Positions 50,238 through 61,191 are shown, counted from the stretch's first letter. The stretch is 64,000 nucleotides of DNA from Betaproteobacteria bacterium (GCA_023259135.1 JAHFQX010000012.1:111-64110), one strand, 5' to 3'. Numbers and translations: made by a program. The notes: generated by a model from the letters alone, not told the origin.

Positions 50238-50269
50238 GGCGAAGCCGATTTTCGGCCTCGCCTTTTTTT
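50238..50269 (+). terminator. Intrinsic terminator serving as the riboswitch expression platform
   Basis: GGCGAAGCCGA-TTT-TCGGCCTCGCC followed by TTTTTTT. It starts immediately after the 3' strand of aptamer-2 P1. Confidence 0.75.
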
Positions 50270-50288
50270 CTGCCCGGAATTTGCGATC

Positions 50289-51368
50289 ATGCTGAAACAA
50301 ACGCCTTTAAATGCCCTGCATCGTGCCCTCGGCGCGAAAATGACCGATTTCGGCGGCTGGGAGATGCCGCTCCATTACGGTTCCCAGATCGAGGAACACC
50401 ATCGGGTGCGCCGGGACGCGGGGATGTTCGATGTTTCCCACATGCTGGCGATCGACGTGCAGGGCGCGGATGCCCAACGGTTTTTGAGCTATCTGCTCGC
50501 CAACAATGTGGCGAAACTTGCCGTTCCAGGCAAGGCGCTTTATTCCTGCATGCTGAATCCCGCCGGTGGCGTGCTGGACGATCTCATCGCGTATTTTTTC
50601 GGCCCGGAACGGTACCGCCTGGTGGTCAATGCCGGAACGGCCGATAAGGACCTGGGTTGGATGACGGAACTTCGGGGCCGGCAGCGCTTCAAGGCGGAGC
50701 TGCTGCCGCGCCGGGACTTGGCGATGCTGGCGGTGCAGGGTCCCCAGGCCCGCTCCAGGTTATGGGCGGCTCTCCCGGGCGCGGAGCCGGTCAGCGCGGC
50801 CCTGGAGCCTTTCCATGTGGCATTCCATGGGGAGATCATGATTGCCCGCACCGGCTATACCGGGGAGGATGGTTTCGAGGTGTTGCTGCCGGCCCAAGCC
50901 GGAGTCGATTTATGGCGCGCCTTGTTGGATGCCGGGGTGGCGCCCTGCGGGCTGGGCGCCCGGGATACGCTGCGGCTGGAGGCGGGGATGAACCTCTATG
51001 GCCAAGACATGGATGAATCGGTCACGCCCTTGGAGTCGGGTTTGGGCTGGACGGTGGATCTCGCCGGCCCGCGGGATTTCTGCGGCAAGGCGGCGCTGTT
51101 GGAAAGCCGGCCCGAGCGCCGCATGGTGGGATTGCTGCTGATGGATCGGGGTGTGTTGCGGCCTCATCAAAGGGTTCGCAGTTCCGCTGGGGAGGGGGAG
51201 ATCAGCAGCGGAACTTTCTCTCCGACCTTGAGCCGGTCCATTGCCTTGGCTCGGGTGCCAAGAGCCGTGGCCGACGGGGAAACAGTGATGGTGGAGGTGC
51301 GGGACAAGCAATTGGCGGCGAAAGTGGTGCGGCCGCCTTTCGTCCGCAACGGCAGGATTCTCGTTTGA
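50289..51368 (+). CDS. gcvT: Glycine cleavage system aminomethyltransferase (T protein)
   Basis: 359 aa: [52 protein letters not shown]. Confidence 0.95.
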   Translation: MLKQTPLNALHRALGAKMTDFGGWEMPLHYGSQIEEHHRVRRDAGMFDVSHMLAIDVQGADAQRFLSYLLANNVAKLAVPGKALYSCMLNPAGGVLDDLIAYFFGPERYRLVVNAGTADKDLGWMTELRGRQRFKAELLPRRDLAMLAVQGPQARSRLWAALPGAEPVSAALEPFHVAFHGEIMIARTGYTGEDGFEVLLPAQAGVDLWRALLDAGVAPCGLGARDTLRLEAGMNLYGQDMDESVTPLESGLGWTVDLAGPRDFCGKAALLESRPERRMVGLLLMDRGVLRPHQRVRSSAGEGEISSGTFSPTLSRSIALARVPRAVADGETVMVEVRDKQLAAKVVRPPFVRNGRILV

Positions 51369-51387
51369 ATTATCCAGGAGCGTCGAT

Positions 51388-51777
51388 ATGAGTATTCCCA
51401 GCGATCTGAAATACACCGCCACCCATGAATGGGTGCGGCGCGAGACTGATGGCACGATGACGGTGGGCATTACTCACCACGCCCAGGAGCAATTGGGGGA
51501 CATCGTGTTCGTGGAAACCCCGGCGGTGGGGAAAGCTTTCAAGCGGGATCAGGAATGCGGGGTGGTGGAGTCGGTGAAAGCCGCATCGGATATCTACGCT
51601 CCGGTCGGCGGGGAGGTGACGGCCGCCAATGCCGTTCTGCGGGACACTCCGGAAGCGATCAACCAGGATCCCTACGGGGCATGGATGTTCAAGCTCCGAC
51701 CGGCGGACCCGGCCGAATGGGACGGGCTGCTGGATGCCGCTGCCTACGCCAAGGTAGCGGAAAGCGAAGCTCATTGA
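51388..51777 (+). CDS. gcvH: Glycine cleavage system H protein (lipoyl carrier)
   Basis: 129 aa with YTATHEWV and the lipoyl-Lys motif ESVKAASD. Confidence 0.95.
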   Translation: MSIPSDLKYTATHEWVRRETDGTMTVGITHHAQEQLGDIVFVETPAVGKAFKRDQECGVVESVKAASDIYAPVGGEVTAANAVLRDTPEAINQDPYGAWMFKLRPADPAEWDGLLDAAAYAKVAESEAH

Positions 51778-51807
51778 CCCTCGGTTTTATCGACGCGGAT
51801 TCAGATC

Positions 51808-53181
51808 ATGCCTTTCATTCCCCATACCCCCGAGGATCTCCGCGCCATGCTGGAGCGCATCGGTATTCCGGCCCTGGATGGACTGTTCGATGAAATACCG
51901 GCGGGGTTGCGCTTGCATAAGCCGCCCGCCGTGCCGCCGGCGCTGGGCGAAGCGGAGGTCGCCCGTTTGATGGCGCGCCGGGCCGTGCCGGAGCGGCGCA
52001 CGCTGAATTTTATCGGCGCCGGCGCCTACGAGCACCACATCCCGGCGGCGGTCTGGCAGCTCGCCACTCGCGGGGAGTTTTACTCCGCCTATACGCCCTA
52101 TCAAGCCGAGGCCAGCCAGGGCACGTTGCAAGTGCTCTACGAGTTCCAGACCATGATGGCCTCCCTTGCGGGGCTGGATGTGTCCAATGCCGGCCTCTAC
52201 GACGGCGCTTCGGCCCTTGGGGAGGCTTTGCTGATGGCGGTCCGCGCCCACAGGGGAGCGCGGCGGGTGCTGATGCCGGCCACGGTGCATCCGGCTTACC
52301 GCCGTGTGGTCCGCGCCTTGGTCAAGCATCAGGGTATCGAAGTCATTGAAGTTCCCTATTGCACCGATTGCGGCCATACGCTTGCCGAGGCCCTGGAGCC
52401 TTACTCCAAGCAGGAGGTGGCCGCCCTGGTGATTCCCCAGCCGAATTTCTTCGGCGTATTGGAGCCGGTGGATGATCTGGTGAATTGGATCCATGCCCGG
52501 GGCGGACTGGCGGTGGGATTGGTGAATCCGGTGTTGTTGGGGCTGCTCAAGCCCCCAGGGGGGTGGGGCGAGAGCGGCGCCGACATCGCCGTGGGAGAAG
52601 GTCAGCCCTTGGGTATTCCGCTTTCCGGCGGCGGTCCGTATTTCGGGTTCATGACCTGCAAGGCGGCGCTGGTCCGCCAAATGCCGGGGCGTATCGTGGG
52701 CGCTACGCTGGATAAGGACGGGCGGCCGGGCTATACCCTAACCTTGCAGGCCCGGGAACAGCACATCCGGCGCTCCAAGGCGACCTCCAACATTTGCACG
52801 AATCAGGGCTTGATGGTGACGGCGGCCACCATTCATATGGCGTTGCTGGGTTCCGTGGGGCTGCGGCGGGTGGCCGCGGCGAGTTGCGCCCGGACTCAGG
52901 CTCTTGCCGAAAAGCTGACCGCCATTCCGGGGGTGTCGCGGCTGTTCGCGGGGCCTCATGCCCATGAGGCGGTGATTTGTCTTCCCGCCTCGTCGTCCGA
53001 TGTGTTGCGGAGTTTGCTGCAGCGGGGAATCCTGGGCGGATTGGATTTGCGGGTCGATTATCCGGAGTTGGGCCACGCCCTGCTGGTGTGTGCCACGGAA
53101 ACCAAGCTGACGGAGGATCTGGACTGCTATGCCGAGCAGTTGCAAGCCGCGCTGCAAGACTCAAGGGTGTCGCCATGCTGA
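51808..53181 (+). CDS. gcvPA: Glycine dehydrogenase (decarboxylating), subunit 1
   Basis: 457 aa starting [19 protein letters not shown], with [11 protein letters not shown]. This is the split P-protein arrangement. Confidence 0.93.
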   Translation: MPFIPHTPEDLRAMLERIGIPALDGLFDEIPAGLRLHKPPAVPPALGEAEVARLMARRAVPERRTLNFIGAGAYEHHIPAAVWQLATRGEFYSAYTPYQAEASQGTLQVLYEFQTMMASLAGLDVSNAGLYDGASALGEALLMAVRAHRGARRVLMPATVHPAYRRVVRALVKHQGIEVIEVPYCTDCGHTLAEALEPYSKQEVAALVIPQPNFFGVLEPVDDLVNWIHARGGLAVGLVNPVLLGLLKPPGGWGESGADIAVGEGQPLGIPLSGGGPYFGFMTCKAALVRQMPGRIVGATLDKDGRPGYTLTLQAREQHIRRSKATSNICTNQGLMVTAATIHMALLGSVGLRRVAAASCARTQALAEKLTAIPGVSRLFAGPHAHEAVICLPASSSDVLRSLLQRGILGGLDLRVDYPELGHALLVCATETKLTEDLDCYAEQLQAALQDSRVSPC

Positions 53182-54626
53182 TTTTCGAATTGTCCCGTCC
53201 CGGCCGGGGCAGCTTTCATCAGGCGCCGGCCCCGGTTCCCGAGCCCCAGCTTCCTCCGGCCCTGCTGCGCGCCTTGCCGCCGTTACTACCCGAGGTTTCG
53301 GAATTGGATGCGGTCAGGCATTACACGCGGCTGTCCCAGAAGAATTTTTCCATTGACACCCAGTTTTATCCTCTGGGGTCATGCACCATGAAATACAACC
53401 CGCGGGCCTGCAACCAACTGGCTATGCTGCCGGGGTTTTTGGCGGCCCATCCGGCCGCTCCCGAGGCGGCGATTCAGGGTCTGCTGGCCTGTCTTTACGA
53501 TTTGCAGGAAATTCTCAAGGAAGTCACCGGCATGGCCGCGGTGAGTTTGACTCCCATGGCTGGAGCTCAAGGGGAATTCGCCGGGGTGGCCATGATCCGG
53601 GCCTATCACGACTCCCGCGGCGATGCCGAGCGCACCGAGATCATCGTTCCCGATGCGGCCCATGGCACCAACCCCGCCACCGCCGCCATGTGCGGCTATG
53701 CGACCCGGGAGGTTTCCACCGACCGGGAAGGGAATGTTGACCTGGCCGCATTGCGTTCGGCGGTCGGGCCCAAGACCGCCGGATTGATGCTGACCAATCC
53801 TTCTACCTTGGGGGTGTTCGAACCCTCCATCGAGGCGATCCGGGATATCGTGCATGGCGCCGGCGGGTTGCTGTATTACGATGGCGCGAACCTCAATGCC
53901 ATCCTGGGCAAAGTGCGGCCTGGGGACATGGGCTTCGACGTCATCCATGTCAATCTCCACAAGACCTTCTCCACTCCCCACGGCGGGGGCGGGCCGGGGG
54001 CCGGCCCGGTGGGGGTGTCGGCGCGGCTCGCGGAATTTCTGCCGGTGCCCGTGGTCGCCAAGGAAGAGGGAGGCTATCGCTGGTTGACCGAGCTGGAGCG
54101 GCCCCGTTCCATCGGCCGCCTTTCCGCCCATGGCGGCAATGTGGGCGTACTGCTGCGGGCTTACGTCTATGCCCGGATGCTGGGCAGGGAAGGCATGGCC
54201 CGGGTGGCCGATTATGCGACGCTCAATGCCAATTATCTAATGGCCGAGTTGGCCCGGGCCGGGTTCGAGCTTGCCTTTCCCCGCCGGCGGGCCAGCCACG
54301 AGTTTATCGTCAGCTTGAAGAACTTGAAGGAGACGACCGGGATCGGCGCCATGGATGTGGCGAAGCGCCTGCTGGACAAAGGTTTCCATGCTCCCACCAC
54401 GTATTTCCCGATGCTGGTTTCCGAATGTTTGCTGATCGAACCCACCGAGACCGAATCCAAGGAAACCCTGGATGCCTTCGTGGCGGCGATGCGGGAGATT
54501 CTGGAAGAGGCCCATACTCGACCGGAACTGGTGAAGAATGCTCCCCATACGCTGCCGGTGCGGCGGCTGGATGACGTCAAGGCGGCTCGGGACCTGAATC
54601 TCACGTGGAAGCCCAACCCCGGATGA
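53175..54626 (+). CDS. gcvPB: Glycine dehydrogenase (decarboxylating), subunit 2
   Basis: ATG at 53175 ([11 protein letters not shown]) overlaps the gcvPA stop by 7 nt. PLP region: [16 protein letters not shown]. Confidence 0.93.
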   Translation: MLIFELSRPGRGSFHQAPAPVPEPQLPPALLRALPPLLPEVSELDAVRHYTRLSQKNFSIDTQFYPLGSCTMKYNPRACNQLAMLPGFLAAHPAAPEAAIQGLLACLYDLQEILKEVTGMAAVSLTPMAGAQGEFAGVAMIRAYHDSRGDAERTEIIVPDAAHGTNPATAAMCGYATREVSTDREGNVDLAALRSAVGPKTAGLMLTNPSTLGVFEPSIEAIRDIVHGAGGLLYYDGANLNAILGKVRPGDMGFDVIHVNLHKTFSTPHGGGGPGAGPVGVSARLAEFLPVPVVAKEEGGYRWLTELERPRSIGRLSAHGGNVGVLLRAYVYARMLGREGMARVADYATLNANYLMAELARAGFELAFPRRRASHEFIVSLKNLKETTGIGAMDVAKRLLDKGFHAPTTYFPMLVSECLLIEPTETESKETLDAFVAAMREILEEAHTRPELVKNAPHTLPVRRLDDVKAARDLNLTWKPNPG

Positions 54627-54994
54627 TCGAGAGCCCCCATAAAGGCCAAACCGGCCTTAGGCGGGTGCTTAATGCTTTTTGCTATTCCCTGGAGGGTCTC
54701 AAGGCGGCTTTTCGCCACGAGGATGCCTTTCGTCAGGAAGTGTTGTTGGCCTGCGTGTTGCTTCCCATGGCGCTGGGGCTTCCCGTGGGAGGAGTCGGCA
54801 AGGCGTTGATGGCGGGCAGCGTAGTGCTGGTACTGGTGGTGGAATTGCTCAATTCGGCGGTGGAGGCGGCGGTGGACCGGATTTCCCTGGAGAACCACCG
54901 GCTGGCCAAACGGGCTAAGGATATCGGCAGCGCCGCGGTGTTTTTGACCTTGCTGAATGTCCCGTTGACCTGGTCGCTGGTGCTCTGGGGATAG
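54623..54994 (+). CDS. dgkA: Diacylglycerol kinase (prokaryotic DgkA family)
   Basis: [39 protein letters not shown], three TM segments, and [15 protein letters not shown]. The ATG overlaps the gcvPB stop (ATGA). Confidence 0.88.
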   Translation: MIESPHKGQTGLRRVLNAFCYSLEGLKAAFRHEDAFRQEVLLACVLLPMALGLPVGGVGKALMAGSVVLVLVVELLNSAVEAAVDRISLENHRLAKRAKDIGSAAVFLTLLNVPLTWSLVLWG

Positions 54995-55048
54995 AGCCTT
55001 GCCGGCGAGCGCTGTGGATGAAACCGCGGACGGGTCGTGAAGTAGCCC

Positions 55049-56521
55049 TCAGTCGTTGTCTTTGACCGCCGCTTTCTTGTGGGGCTGTTCCAGCCCCAAT
55101 TCCTGAATTTTCCGGGTCAGGGTATTGCGGCCCAACCCCAGCAGTTGAGCGGCCTCTATGCGCCGGCCTCCGGTATGGGCTAGGGCCCGGGTGATCAACG
55201 CTTGCTCGAATTGGCGGGTCAGGCCGTTCATGATGCCTGGCTCGCCCGCCTTGAGAAGAAAATCGATTTGCCGCTCCAAGAAGGCGACCCAGTTTTCCGG
55301 CGGGGAAGCCTGAGCATCGGCGCGGATTTCCGGGGGCAAGTCGGCCATATCCACGTTGAGCCCCGGGGCCATGACCGTGAGCCAATGGCAGAGGTTCTCC
55401 AGTTGCCGGACATTGCCCGGAAACTCCAGGGTTGTGAGAAACTTGACCACCGGGTCCGACAGGCGCTTGGGTTCCACGCCCAATTCCTGCGCGCTTTTCA
55501 GGAGGAAATGACGCGCCAGCAGCGGAATGTCCTCTCGCCGCTGGCGCAAGGGGGGGAGCCGCAGTTGGATCACGTTGAGGCGGTGGAACAGGTCTTCGCG
55601 AAATAGCCCTTGCTTGACGCGCTGATCCAAGTCCTGGTGAGTGGCGGCGATCACTCGCACGTTGGCCTTGATGGGCTGGTGGCCCCCGACCCGGTAGAAG
55701 TGTCCGTCGGAGAGCACGCGCAGCAGCCGGGTTTGCAATTCTCCGGGCATGTCCCCGATCTCGTCCAGGAACAGCGTCCCGCCCTCGGCTTGTTCGAAAC
55801 GGCCGCGCCGCATGGCCTGGGCGCCGGTGAAAGCGCCCCGCTCGTGGCCGAACAATTCCGATTCCAATAAATCCCGGGGAATGGCCGCGGTATTGATGGC
55901 AATGAACGGCTTGCTGGCCCGTGGGCTGTGCCGGTGCAGTGCCCGGGCCACCAGCTCCTTCCCGGTGCCGGATTCCCCGGTGATCAGCACCGTGGCATGG
56001 GATTGGGACAGGCGACCGATGGCCCGAAATACCTCTTGCATGGCGGGAGCCTGTCCCAGGATTTCCGGCGCCGCCAAGGTTTCATGGGGGGTTTCGGTGT
56101 CCCGCAGGCTTTCTTCCAAGGCGCGCCGCACCAGATCCATGGCGTGGTCGACGTCGAACGGCTTGGGCAGGTATTCGAAAGCGCCGCCTTGAAAGGCAGC
56201 CACCGCGCTTTCCAGATCCGAGTAAGCCGTCATGATGATGACCGGCAGTTGCGGATGCTGCTCGCGAATTTTTTTCAGTAATTCCAACCCGCTGCCGCCG
56301 GGCATGCGAATGTCGCTGACTATTATTTGGGGAGCCTCTTCGGCAAGAGAGGCCAGCGCTTCCTTGGCCGACCCGAAAGTGCGAAAAGGAATTTTTTCCC
56401 GCGCCAGCGCTTTTTCGAAAACCCAGCGGATGGAGCGATCATCGTCGACGATCCAGACCGGGTTGGGGCGGGTGGGAGCATGCATGATGGATGGGTCCGC
56501 GGTGAATGGGCCGGAGGTCAT
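55049..56521 (-). CDS. ntrC: Nitrogen regulation response regulator NtrC (sigma54 activator)
   Basis: Receiver domain (VWIVDDDRSIRWV..SDIRMPGGSG), AAA+ domain (GESGTGKE, GAFTGA, ESELFGHE) and a C-terminal Fis-type HTH. An alternative start is the Met at 56485. Confidence 0.93.
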   Translation of the reverse strand: MTSGPFTADPSIMHAPTRPNPVWIVDDDRSIRWVFEKALAREKIPFRTFGSAKEALASLAEEAPQIIVSDIRMPGGSGLELLKKIREQHPQLPVIIMTAYSDLESAVAAFQGGAFEYLPKPFDVDHAMDLVRRALEESLRDTETPHETLAAPEILGQAPAMQEVFRAIGRLSQSHATVLITGESGTGKELVARALHRHSPRASKPFIAINTAAIPRDLLESELFGHERGAFTGAQAMRRGRFEQAEGGTLFLDEIGDMPGELQTRLLRVLSDGHFYRVGGHQPIKANVRVIAATHQDLDQRVKQGLFREDLFHRLNVIQLRLPPLRQRREDIPLLARHFLLKSAQELGVEPKRLSDPVVKFLTTLEFPGNVRQLENLCHWLTVMAPGLNVDMADLPPEIRADAQASPPENWVAFLERQIDFLLKAGEPGIMNGLTRQFEQALITRALAHTGGRRIEAAQLLGLGRNTLTRKIQELGLEQPHKKAAVKDND

Positions 56522-56522
56522 C

Positions 56523-57575
56523 TCAAGCCTCGTTGCTGGTCAGGGGAAGGATGCTGATGAAGCGGGTATTGCCGGGGGCGCTTTCGCACTCGATGGTGCC
56601 ATGATGCTGGGCAATGAAATTTTGCGCCAAAGTAAGGCCCAAGCCGCTGCCTTCGGCTCGTCCGGTGACCAGCGGATAAAATATTTTGTCGCGTATGTTC
56701 TCCGGAATGCCGGGACCGTTGTCCTGCACCTCGATCATGAGAGCGTGACGATAGCGCTTGCGAGCCAGGGTGACTTGTCGCAGCACCCGGGTCCGCAGGG
56801 TGATGAGGCCCTGGCCTTCCAGGGCCTGGGCGGCATTGCGGGCGATGTTGAGAAAAGCCTGGATGAGTTGTTCCTTGTCCGCCAGCAACGAGGGTATGCT
56901 GGGATCGTAGTCTTGGCGGATCCGCAAGCCTTCCGGGTTTTCCGCCAGAATCAGGCTCCTGACCCGCTCCAGGACTTCGTGGATGTTGACCGAAACCGGC
57001 CGGGGCAGGCGGTGAGGAACCAATAGGCGATCCATGAGGGATTGGAGCCGGTCGGCCTCCTTCATGATGACCTGGGTATATTCGCTGAGTCCGGGTTTTT
57101 CCAGCTCCCGTTCCAGCAACTGGGCCGCGCCCCGGATGCCTCCCAGGGGATTCCTGATTTCATGGGCCAGATTCCGCAGCAGTTCCCTGTTGGCTTGGGT
57201 CTGGTCCAGCATGCGTTCTTCCCGGGCCAGCTTGAGGGATTGGTCGAGCGGGCGGAATTCCGCCAGCCAACTGGAGCCGGCGAAATCCACCGGGGTCAGG
57301 GTGCAGTTCAAATGCATTCTGCCGTGGTTGCTTGTGCCCAGCACCAGATCGTGTTCGGTGAAGGTGCTGCCGTGGCGCTGGGCATAGCCGATGGCTTCCG
57401 CCAAGGCGGCGCTATCCTGAAAAATTTCGCTGAAGTGGTGCCCGACCACGTTCTTGCAACTGAACTCGAACAGGTTTTCCGCGGCGGGATTGGCATGCAC
57501 GACGTTCATATTCGTATCGAATAGCACCACGGCTGTGGCAAGCGCATCGAAGCTGGCGAACAAGGGAGTTACCAT
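56523..57575 (-). CDS. ntrB: Nitrogen regulation sensor histidine kinase NtrB
   Basis: 350 aa with a PAS domain, the H-box LAHEIRNPLGGIRGAAQLL, and the N/G boxes. Confidence 0.92.
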   Translation of the reverse strand: MVTPLFASFDALATAVVLFDTNMNVVHANPAAENLFEFSCKNVVGHHFSEIFQDSAALAEAIGYAQRHGSTFTEHDLVLGTSNHGRMHLNCTLTPVDFAGSSWLAEFRPLDQSLKLAREERMLDQTQANRELLRNLAHEIRNPLGGIRGAAQLLERELEKPGLSEYTQVIMKEADRLQSLMDRLLVPHRLPRPVSVNIHEVLERVRSLILAENPEGLRIRQDYDPSIPSLLADKEQLIQAFLNIARNAAQALEGQGLITLRTRVLRQVTLARKRYRHALMIEVQDNGPGIPENIRDKIFYPLVTGRAEGSGLGLTLAQNFIAQHHGTIECESAPGNTRFISILPLTSNEA

Positions 57576-57647
57576 GAATCGCTCCCGATGATCCGCAGAA
57601 AGTGAAGCAAGAACCGAGCCATATTTTTACATCCCGCTGGATGGGCT

Positions 57648-58115
57648 TTAGCGGGTGTTGGCGAGCTCTTGCTTGAGAGCATTGACGTTTTTCTCGTGGA
57701 GCGTGACGTCGTCTTTGAGTTTTTGTACCCGATCCAAATATTTTTGGTAGTTTCGCTCTCCGCCTAGCCGGACTGCTTCGCCTTCGGTGAGGGCTTGGCG
57801 AGCTTCCGCCAGTAACTTTTCTTCATTGGCCAGTTCTTGCTCTAAAATTTGCCGGCGAGAGCCGTCCCGCTTCCTTTGCGTTTCCGCATCCACTCTCGGA
57901 AATTTGTCTCCGCCGGAGACCGCAGGTTTGGCCGGCCGAGGCGCGGTGGCGGGAGGCGGGGGCAGGGGGTCGAAGCACATGACTTTCTTGGCCCCCTTGA
58001 TTTCCACGTTGGAGTAGGTCACCCGACCTTCGGCATCCACGTATTTGCAAGTTTGCCCCGCCGCCTGGGACGCCCACAGGACGGCGAACAGCAAGCTGAA
58101 CCGGGTTTTTATCAT
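57648..58115 (-). CDS. DUF4124-type secreted protein
   Basis: 155 aa with a signal peptide, the motif CKYVDAEGRVTYSN, a Pro-rich linker and a coiled coil. It sits at the usual position between glnA and ntrB. Confidence 0.7.
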   Translation of the reverse strand: MIKTRFSLLFAVLWASQAAGQTCKYVDAEGRVTYSNVEIKGAKKVMCFDPLPPPPATAPRPAKPAVSGGDKFPRVDAETQRKRDGSRRQILEQELANEEKLLAEARQALTEGEAVRLGGERNYQKYLDRVQKLKDDVTLHEKNVNALKQELANTR

Positions 58116-58276
58116 GGCAAATTGGGCGCTTGAGGTAAGGGAGGGTTTTCGATGACGGGGGATTCTATAGTTTTAGGTTGCCCAGCGGGCAACATCAGTC
58201 TATGTCAGAGTGGGGCGATATTCAATTTGGCGAGGGGGCTTGACGCTGTGGCACGCCGCTAAGCGGGAAACGGAAG

Positions 58277-58306
58277 CAAAAAAGCGGGGACCTCCCCGCT
58301 TTTTTG
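58277..58306 (-). terminator. Intrinsic terminator downstream of glnA
   Basis: AAAAAAGCGGGGA-CC-TCCCCGCTTTTTT: a hairpin flanked by A-runs and T-runs, 15 nt after the glnA stop. Confidence 0.8.
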
Positions 58307-58320
58307 CCGGGTCCTAAAAC

Positions 58321-59730
58321 TTACAGGCTGTAATACATGGCGAACTCGAGGGGGTGGGTGGTCATCCGGAAACTGGTGACCTCTTCCATCTTGAGCTCGA
58401 TGTAGGCATCGATCATGTCGTTGGAGAACACGCCGCCCCGGGTCAGGAATTCTCGGTCCTTGTCCAAGGCTTCCAGCGCCATATCCAGAGACGAGCAGAC
58501 GGTCGGGATCTTGGCATCCTCTTCCGGCGGCAGGTCATAAAGATTCTTGTCGGCGGGGTCGCCAGGGTGGATTTTGTTCATGACGCCATCCAAACCGGCC
58601 ATCATCATGGCGGAGAAAGCCAGATAGGGGTTGGCGGTGGGATCGGGGAAACGCACCTCGATGCGCCGCGCTTTCGGACTCGACACGTAGGGGATGCGGA
58701 TCGAGGCCGACCGGTTGCGGGCAGAATAAGCCAGCTTCACCGGAGCTTCGAAGCCGGGTACCAGGCGTTTGTAGGAGTTGGTGCCGGGGTTGGTGATGGC
58801 GTTGAGCGCTCGGGCATGCTTGATGATCCCGCCGATGTAATACAGCGCGAACTCCGACAGACCGGCATAACCGTTGCCGGCGAACAGGTTTTGGCCGCCT
58901 TTCCAAACGGACTGATGGCAGTGCATGCCGGAGCCGTTGTCGCCGACGATGGGTTTCGGCATGAAAGTGGCGGTCTTGCCGTAGGAGTGGGCTACGTTGT
59001 GCACCGCGTATTTCAGGCGTTGCAGCCAATCGGCCCGTATCGTCAGGGTATTGAACTTGGTGCCGATTTCGCATTGGCCGGCGGTGGCGACTTCGTGGTG
59101 ATGCACTTCCACTTCCACGCCCATGTCTTCCAGGGCCAGACAAATGGCGGAACGGATATCCTGGAGGGAATCCACGGGAGGAACCGGGAAATAGCCTCCC
59201 TTGACGCTGGGCCGGTGGCCGATGTTGCCGCCCTCGAATTTTTCGGCGGAAGACCAGGCCGCTTCTTCGGAATTGACCTTGCAATAGGAACCGGACATAT
59301 CCACCGACCATTCCACCGAGTCGAAAACGAAGAATTCAGGCTCTGGGCCGAAGTAGACCGCGTCGCCCAGGCCGGTGGATTTGAGATAGGCTTCGGCACG
59401 CTTGGCCAGAGAGCGGGGATCCCGGTCATAGCCTTTGCCGTCGGAGGGCTCCACTACGTCGCAAGTGACCACCAGGGTGGTTTCGTCCATGAAGGGGTCG
59501 AGAAAGGCGCTGTCCGGGTCGGGCATGAGCAACATGTCTGAAGCCTGGATGCCCTTCCACCCAGAGATGGAGGAGCCGTCGAAGGCGTGGCCCTCTTCGA
59601 ATTTGTCCGCGCCAAAGGCCTTGGCGGGGACGGATACGTGCTGTTCCTTGCCCCGGGTATCCGTGAACCGCAGATCCACGAATTTGACCTCGCTGTCCTG
59701 GATGAGCTTGATTACGTCGGCTGCCGCCAT
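58321..59730 (-). CDS. glnA: Glutamine synthetase type I
   Basis: 469 aa: [31 protein letters not shown].., [18 protein letters not shown], and the adenylylation-site region NLYDLPPEE. Confidence 0.96.
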   Translation of the reverse strand: MAAADVIKLIQDSEVKFVDLRFTDTRGKEQHVSVPAKAFGADKFEEGHAFDGSSISGWKGIQASDMLLMPDPDSAFLDPFMDETTLVVTCDVVEPSDGKGYDRDPRSLAKRAEAYLKSTGLGDAVYFGPEPEFFVFDSVEWSVDMSGSYCKVNSEEAAWSSAEKFEGGNIGHRPSVKGGYFPVPPVDSLQDIRSAICLALEDMGVEVEVHHHEVATAGQCEIGTKFNTLTIRADWLQRLKYAVHNVAHSYGKTATFMPKPIVGDNGSGMHCHQSVWKGGQNLFAGNGYAGLSEFALYYIGGIIKHARALNAITNPGTNSYKRLVPGFEAPVKLAYSARNRSASIRIPYVSSPKARRIEVRFPDPTANPYLAFSAMMMAGLDGVMNKIHPGDPADKNLYDLPPEEDAKIPTVCSSLDMALEALDKDREFLTRGGVFSNDMIDAYIELKMEEVTSFRMTTHPLEFAMYYSL

Positions 59731-59799
59731 ATTGCGTTCTCCTAAACTTTAGGTTTGGGTTTAAATCATTATAAGCGCCCTGCGGGACGCAGTAATTTA

Positions 59800-59815
59800 G
59801 CATTTAGCGTGCCAA
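59800..59815 (-). promoter_or_regulatory. Sigma54 (-24/-12) promoter of glnA
   Basis: The minus strand reads TTGGCACGCTAAATGC, that is TGGCAC-N5-ATGC with GG and GC at canonical spacing, about 70 nt upstream of the glnA ATG. Confidence 0.7.
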
Positions 59816-59908
59816 TCGGCCAGTGTGATCTTACTGCCTTGAAAGGCGGACGATAAAAATCCCAAATCTCTGATGGGCGCTTTATATTGGTGCGCATTTC
59901 GAGGTGAG

Positions 59909-59925
59909 CGCACAAAAATGATGCA
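59909..59925. promoter_or_regulatory. Candidate NtrC enhancer site
   Basis: CGCACAAAAATGATGCA matches TGCACCA-N3-TGGTGCA at 11 of 14 defined positions. It lies about 100 bp upstream of the sigma54 promoter. Confidence 0.45.
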
Positions 59926-60005
59926 TTTGCTCCCGCATGCTCTGTCGCAATTTTCATGGGGAGCGCATAAAATTGAAAATTATTACACGATGCGGGGAAT
60001 AAACC

Positions 60006-60458
60006 GTGGCTCATATCAGCGAAATTTTGAAAAAAGCTCAGCAACGCGCCCAGGAACTGGGCTTGCCCTACGAGGGGGCATTGCTTCCCGAGGAAGCTTA
60101 TCAGTTGATGCAGCAGGCCCCGGGAGCCAAATTAGTCGATGTTCGCACCCGAGCCGAACTCGATTGGGTCGGGCGGGTGCCGGGAGCCGTGGCAATCGAG
60201 TGGCAAAGCTATCCCCAGATGCAGGTCAATCCTCATTTTATCGCCCAGCTTGAGGAGCAGGTCGATAAGGAAGCGTTGGTGATGTTCCTGTGCCGCAGCG
60301 GCGGGCGTTCCCACCATGCCGCGGTACTCGCGTCCCGGGCCGGCTACACCGAATGCTACAACGTGCTGGAGGGGTTCGAGGGCGACAAGGATGCCGACGA
60401 GCACCGCAACACGCTGGGCGGCTGGCGGGCAGCCGGGCTGCCTTGGGAGCAAAGCTGA
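60006..60458 (+). CDS. Rhodanese-domain sulfurtransferase
   Basis: 150 aa with a GTG start and the active-site loop CRSGGRS. Confidence 0.8.
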   Translation: MAHISEILKKAQQRAQELGLPYEGALLPEEAYQLMQQAPGAKLVDVRTRAELDWVGRVPGAVAIEWQSYPQMQVNPHFIAQLEEQVDKEALVMFLCRSGGRSHHAAVLASRAGYTECYNVLEGFEGDKDADEHRNTLGGWRAAGLPWEQS

Positions 60459-60510
60459 GGATCGGCCGCAGTCAAATTTCCAAATCATAACGAATCGAGG
60501 GGAGCCTGAA

Positions 60511-61191
60511 ATGATGAACGTCGATGATGCCATCCTGACCCGTAAATCGGTGCGCCGCTTTTTGCCCAAGCCGGTGCCGGAAGAAATGCTCCGTCACATC
60601 ATGGCGGTTTCCGCCCGGGCCCCCAGCGGCCACAACATTCAGCCCTGGAAGGTGTATGTAGTGGCGGGGGCGGCGCGGGACCGTCTGGCCGCGGACATTC
60701 TCAAGGCCGCCGCGACCGAGCCGGACAAGCACCAACCCGAATACGAGTACTACCCCACCGAGTGGCATGAGCCCTACATTGGGCGCCGCCGCAAGCTGGG
60801 GTTCGAGCTTTATTCCTTGCTGGGGATTCAGCGCGACGACAAAGTCGGCCGGGAACGGCAGATGAACCGCAACTACCTGTTCTTCGACGCTCCGGTGGGG
60901 ATTTTCGTCACCATGGACCGGCGCCTCAATACCGGTAGCTTCATCGACATGGGGATGTTCTTGCAGAACATCCTGTTGGCGGCTCGCGGCCAGGGCTTGC
61001 ACACCTGCGGCCAAGCGGCTTTCACCTGGTACCACGACATTATCCGCAAGCATCTGCCCCTGGCCGATACCGAAATGCTGATCTGCGGTGTGGCGCTGGG
61101 CTACGAGGACACCTCGGCTCCGGAGAATGGCTTGGTTACGGAACGCATCCCGGTGGACGAGTTCGTGCGGTTTTTTGGTTTTCCGGGCTAA
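60511..61191 (+). CDS. Nitroreductase family (FMN) protein
   Basis: Start trimmed to MMNVDDAILTRKSVRRF. SGHNIQPW is typical of nitroreductases. Confidence 0.82.
   Translation: MMNVDDAILTRKSVRRFLPKPVPEEMLRHIMAVSARAPSGHNIQPWKVYVVAGAARDRLAADILKAAATEPDKHQPEYEYYPTEWHEPYIGRRRKLGFELYSLLGIQRDDKVGRERQMNRNYLFFDAPVGIFVTMDRRLNTGSFIDMGMFLQNILLAARGQGLHTCGQAAFTWYHDIIRKHLPLADTEMLICGVALGYEDTSAPENGLVTERIPVDEFVRFFGFPG

Noticed and set aside
48978-50300. Upstream extension of the 924-aa minus-strand ORF (47526-50300).
   Set aside because: The extension runs out of frame across the YejB-like permease gene and the glycine riboswitch. The real permease starts at MMAFRL (48977), with an ATGATGA overlap to the upstream stop.
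58249-58264. Sigma54-like TGGCAC-N5-TAAGC on the + strand between the DUF4124 gene and glnA.
   Set aside because: The GG-to-GC spacing is off by one, and the motif points into the 3' end and terminator of the minus-strand glnA with no + strand gene to drive.
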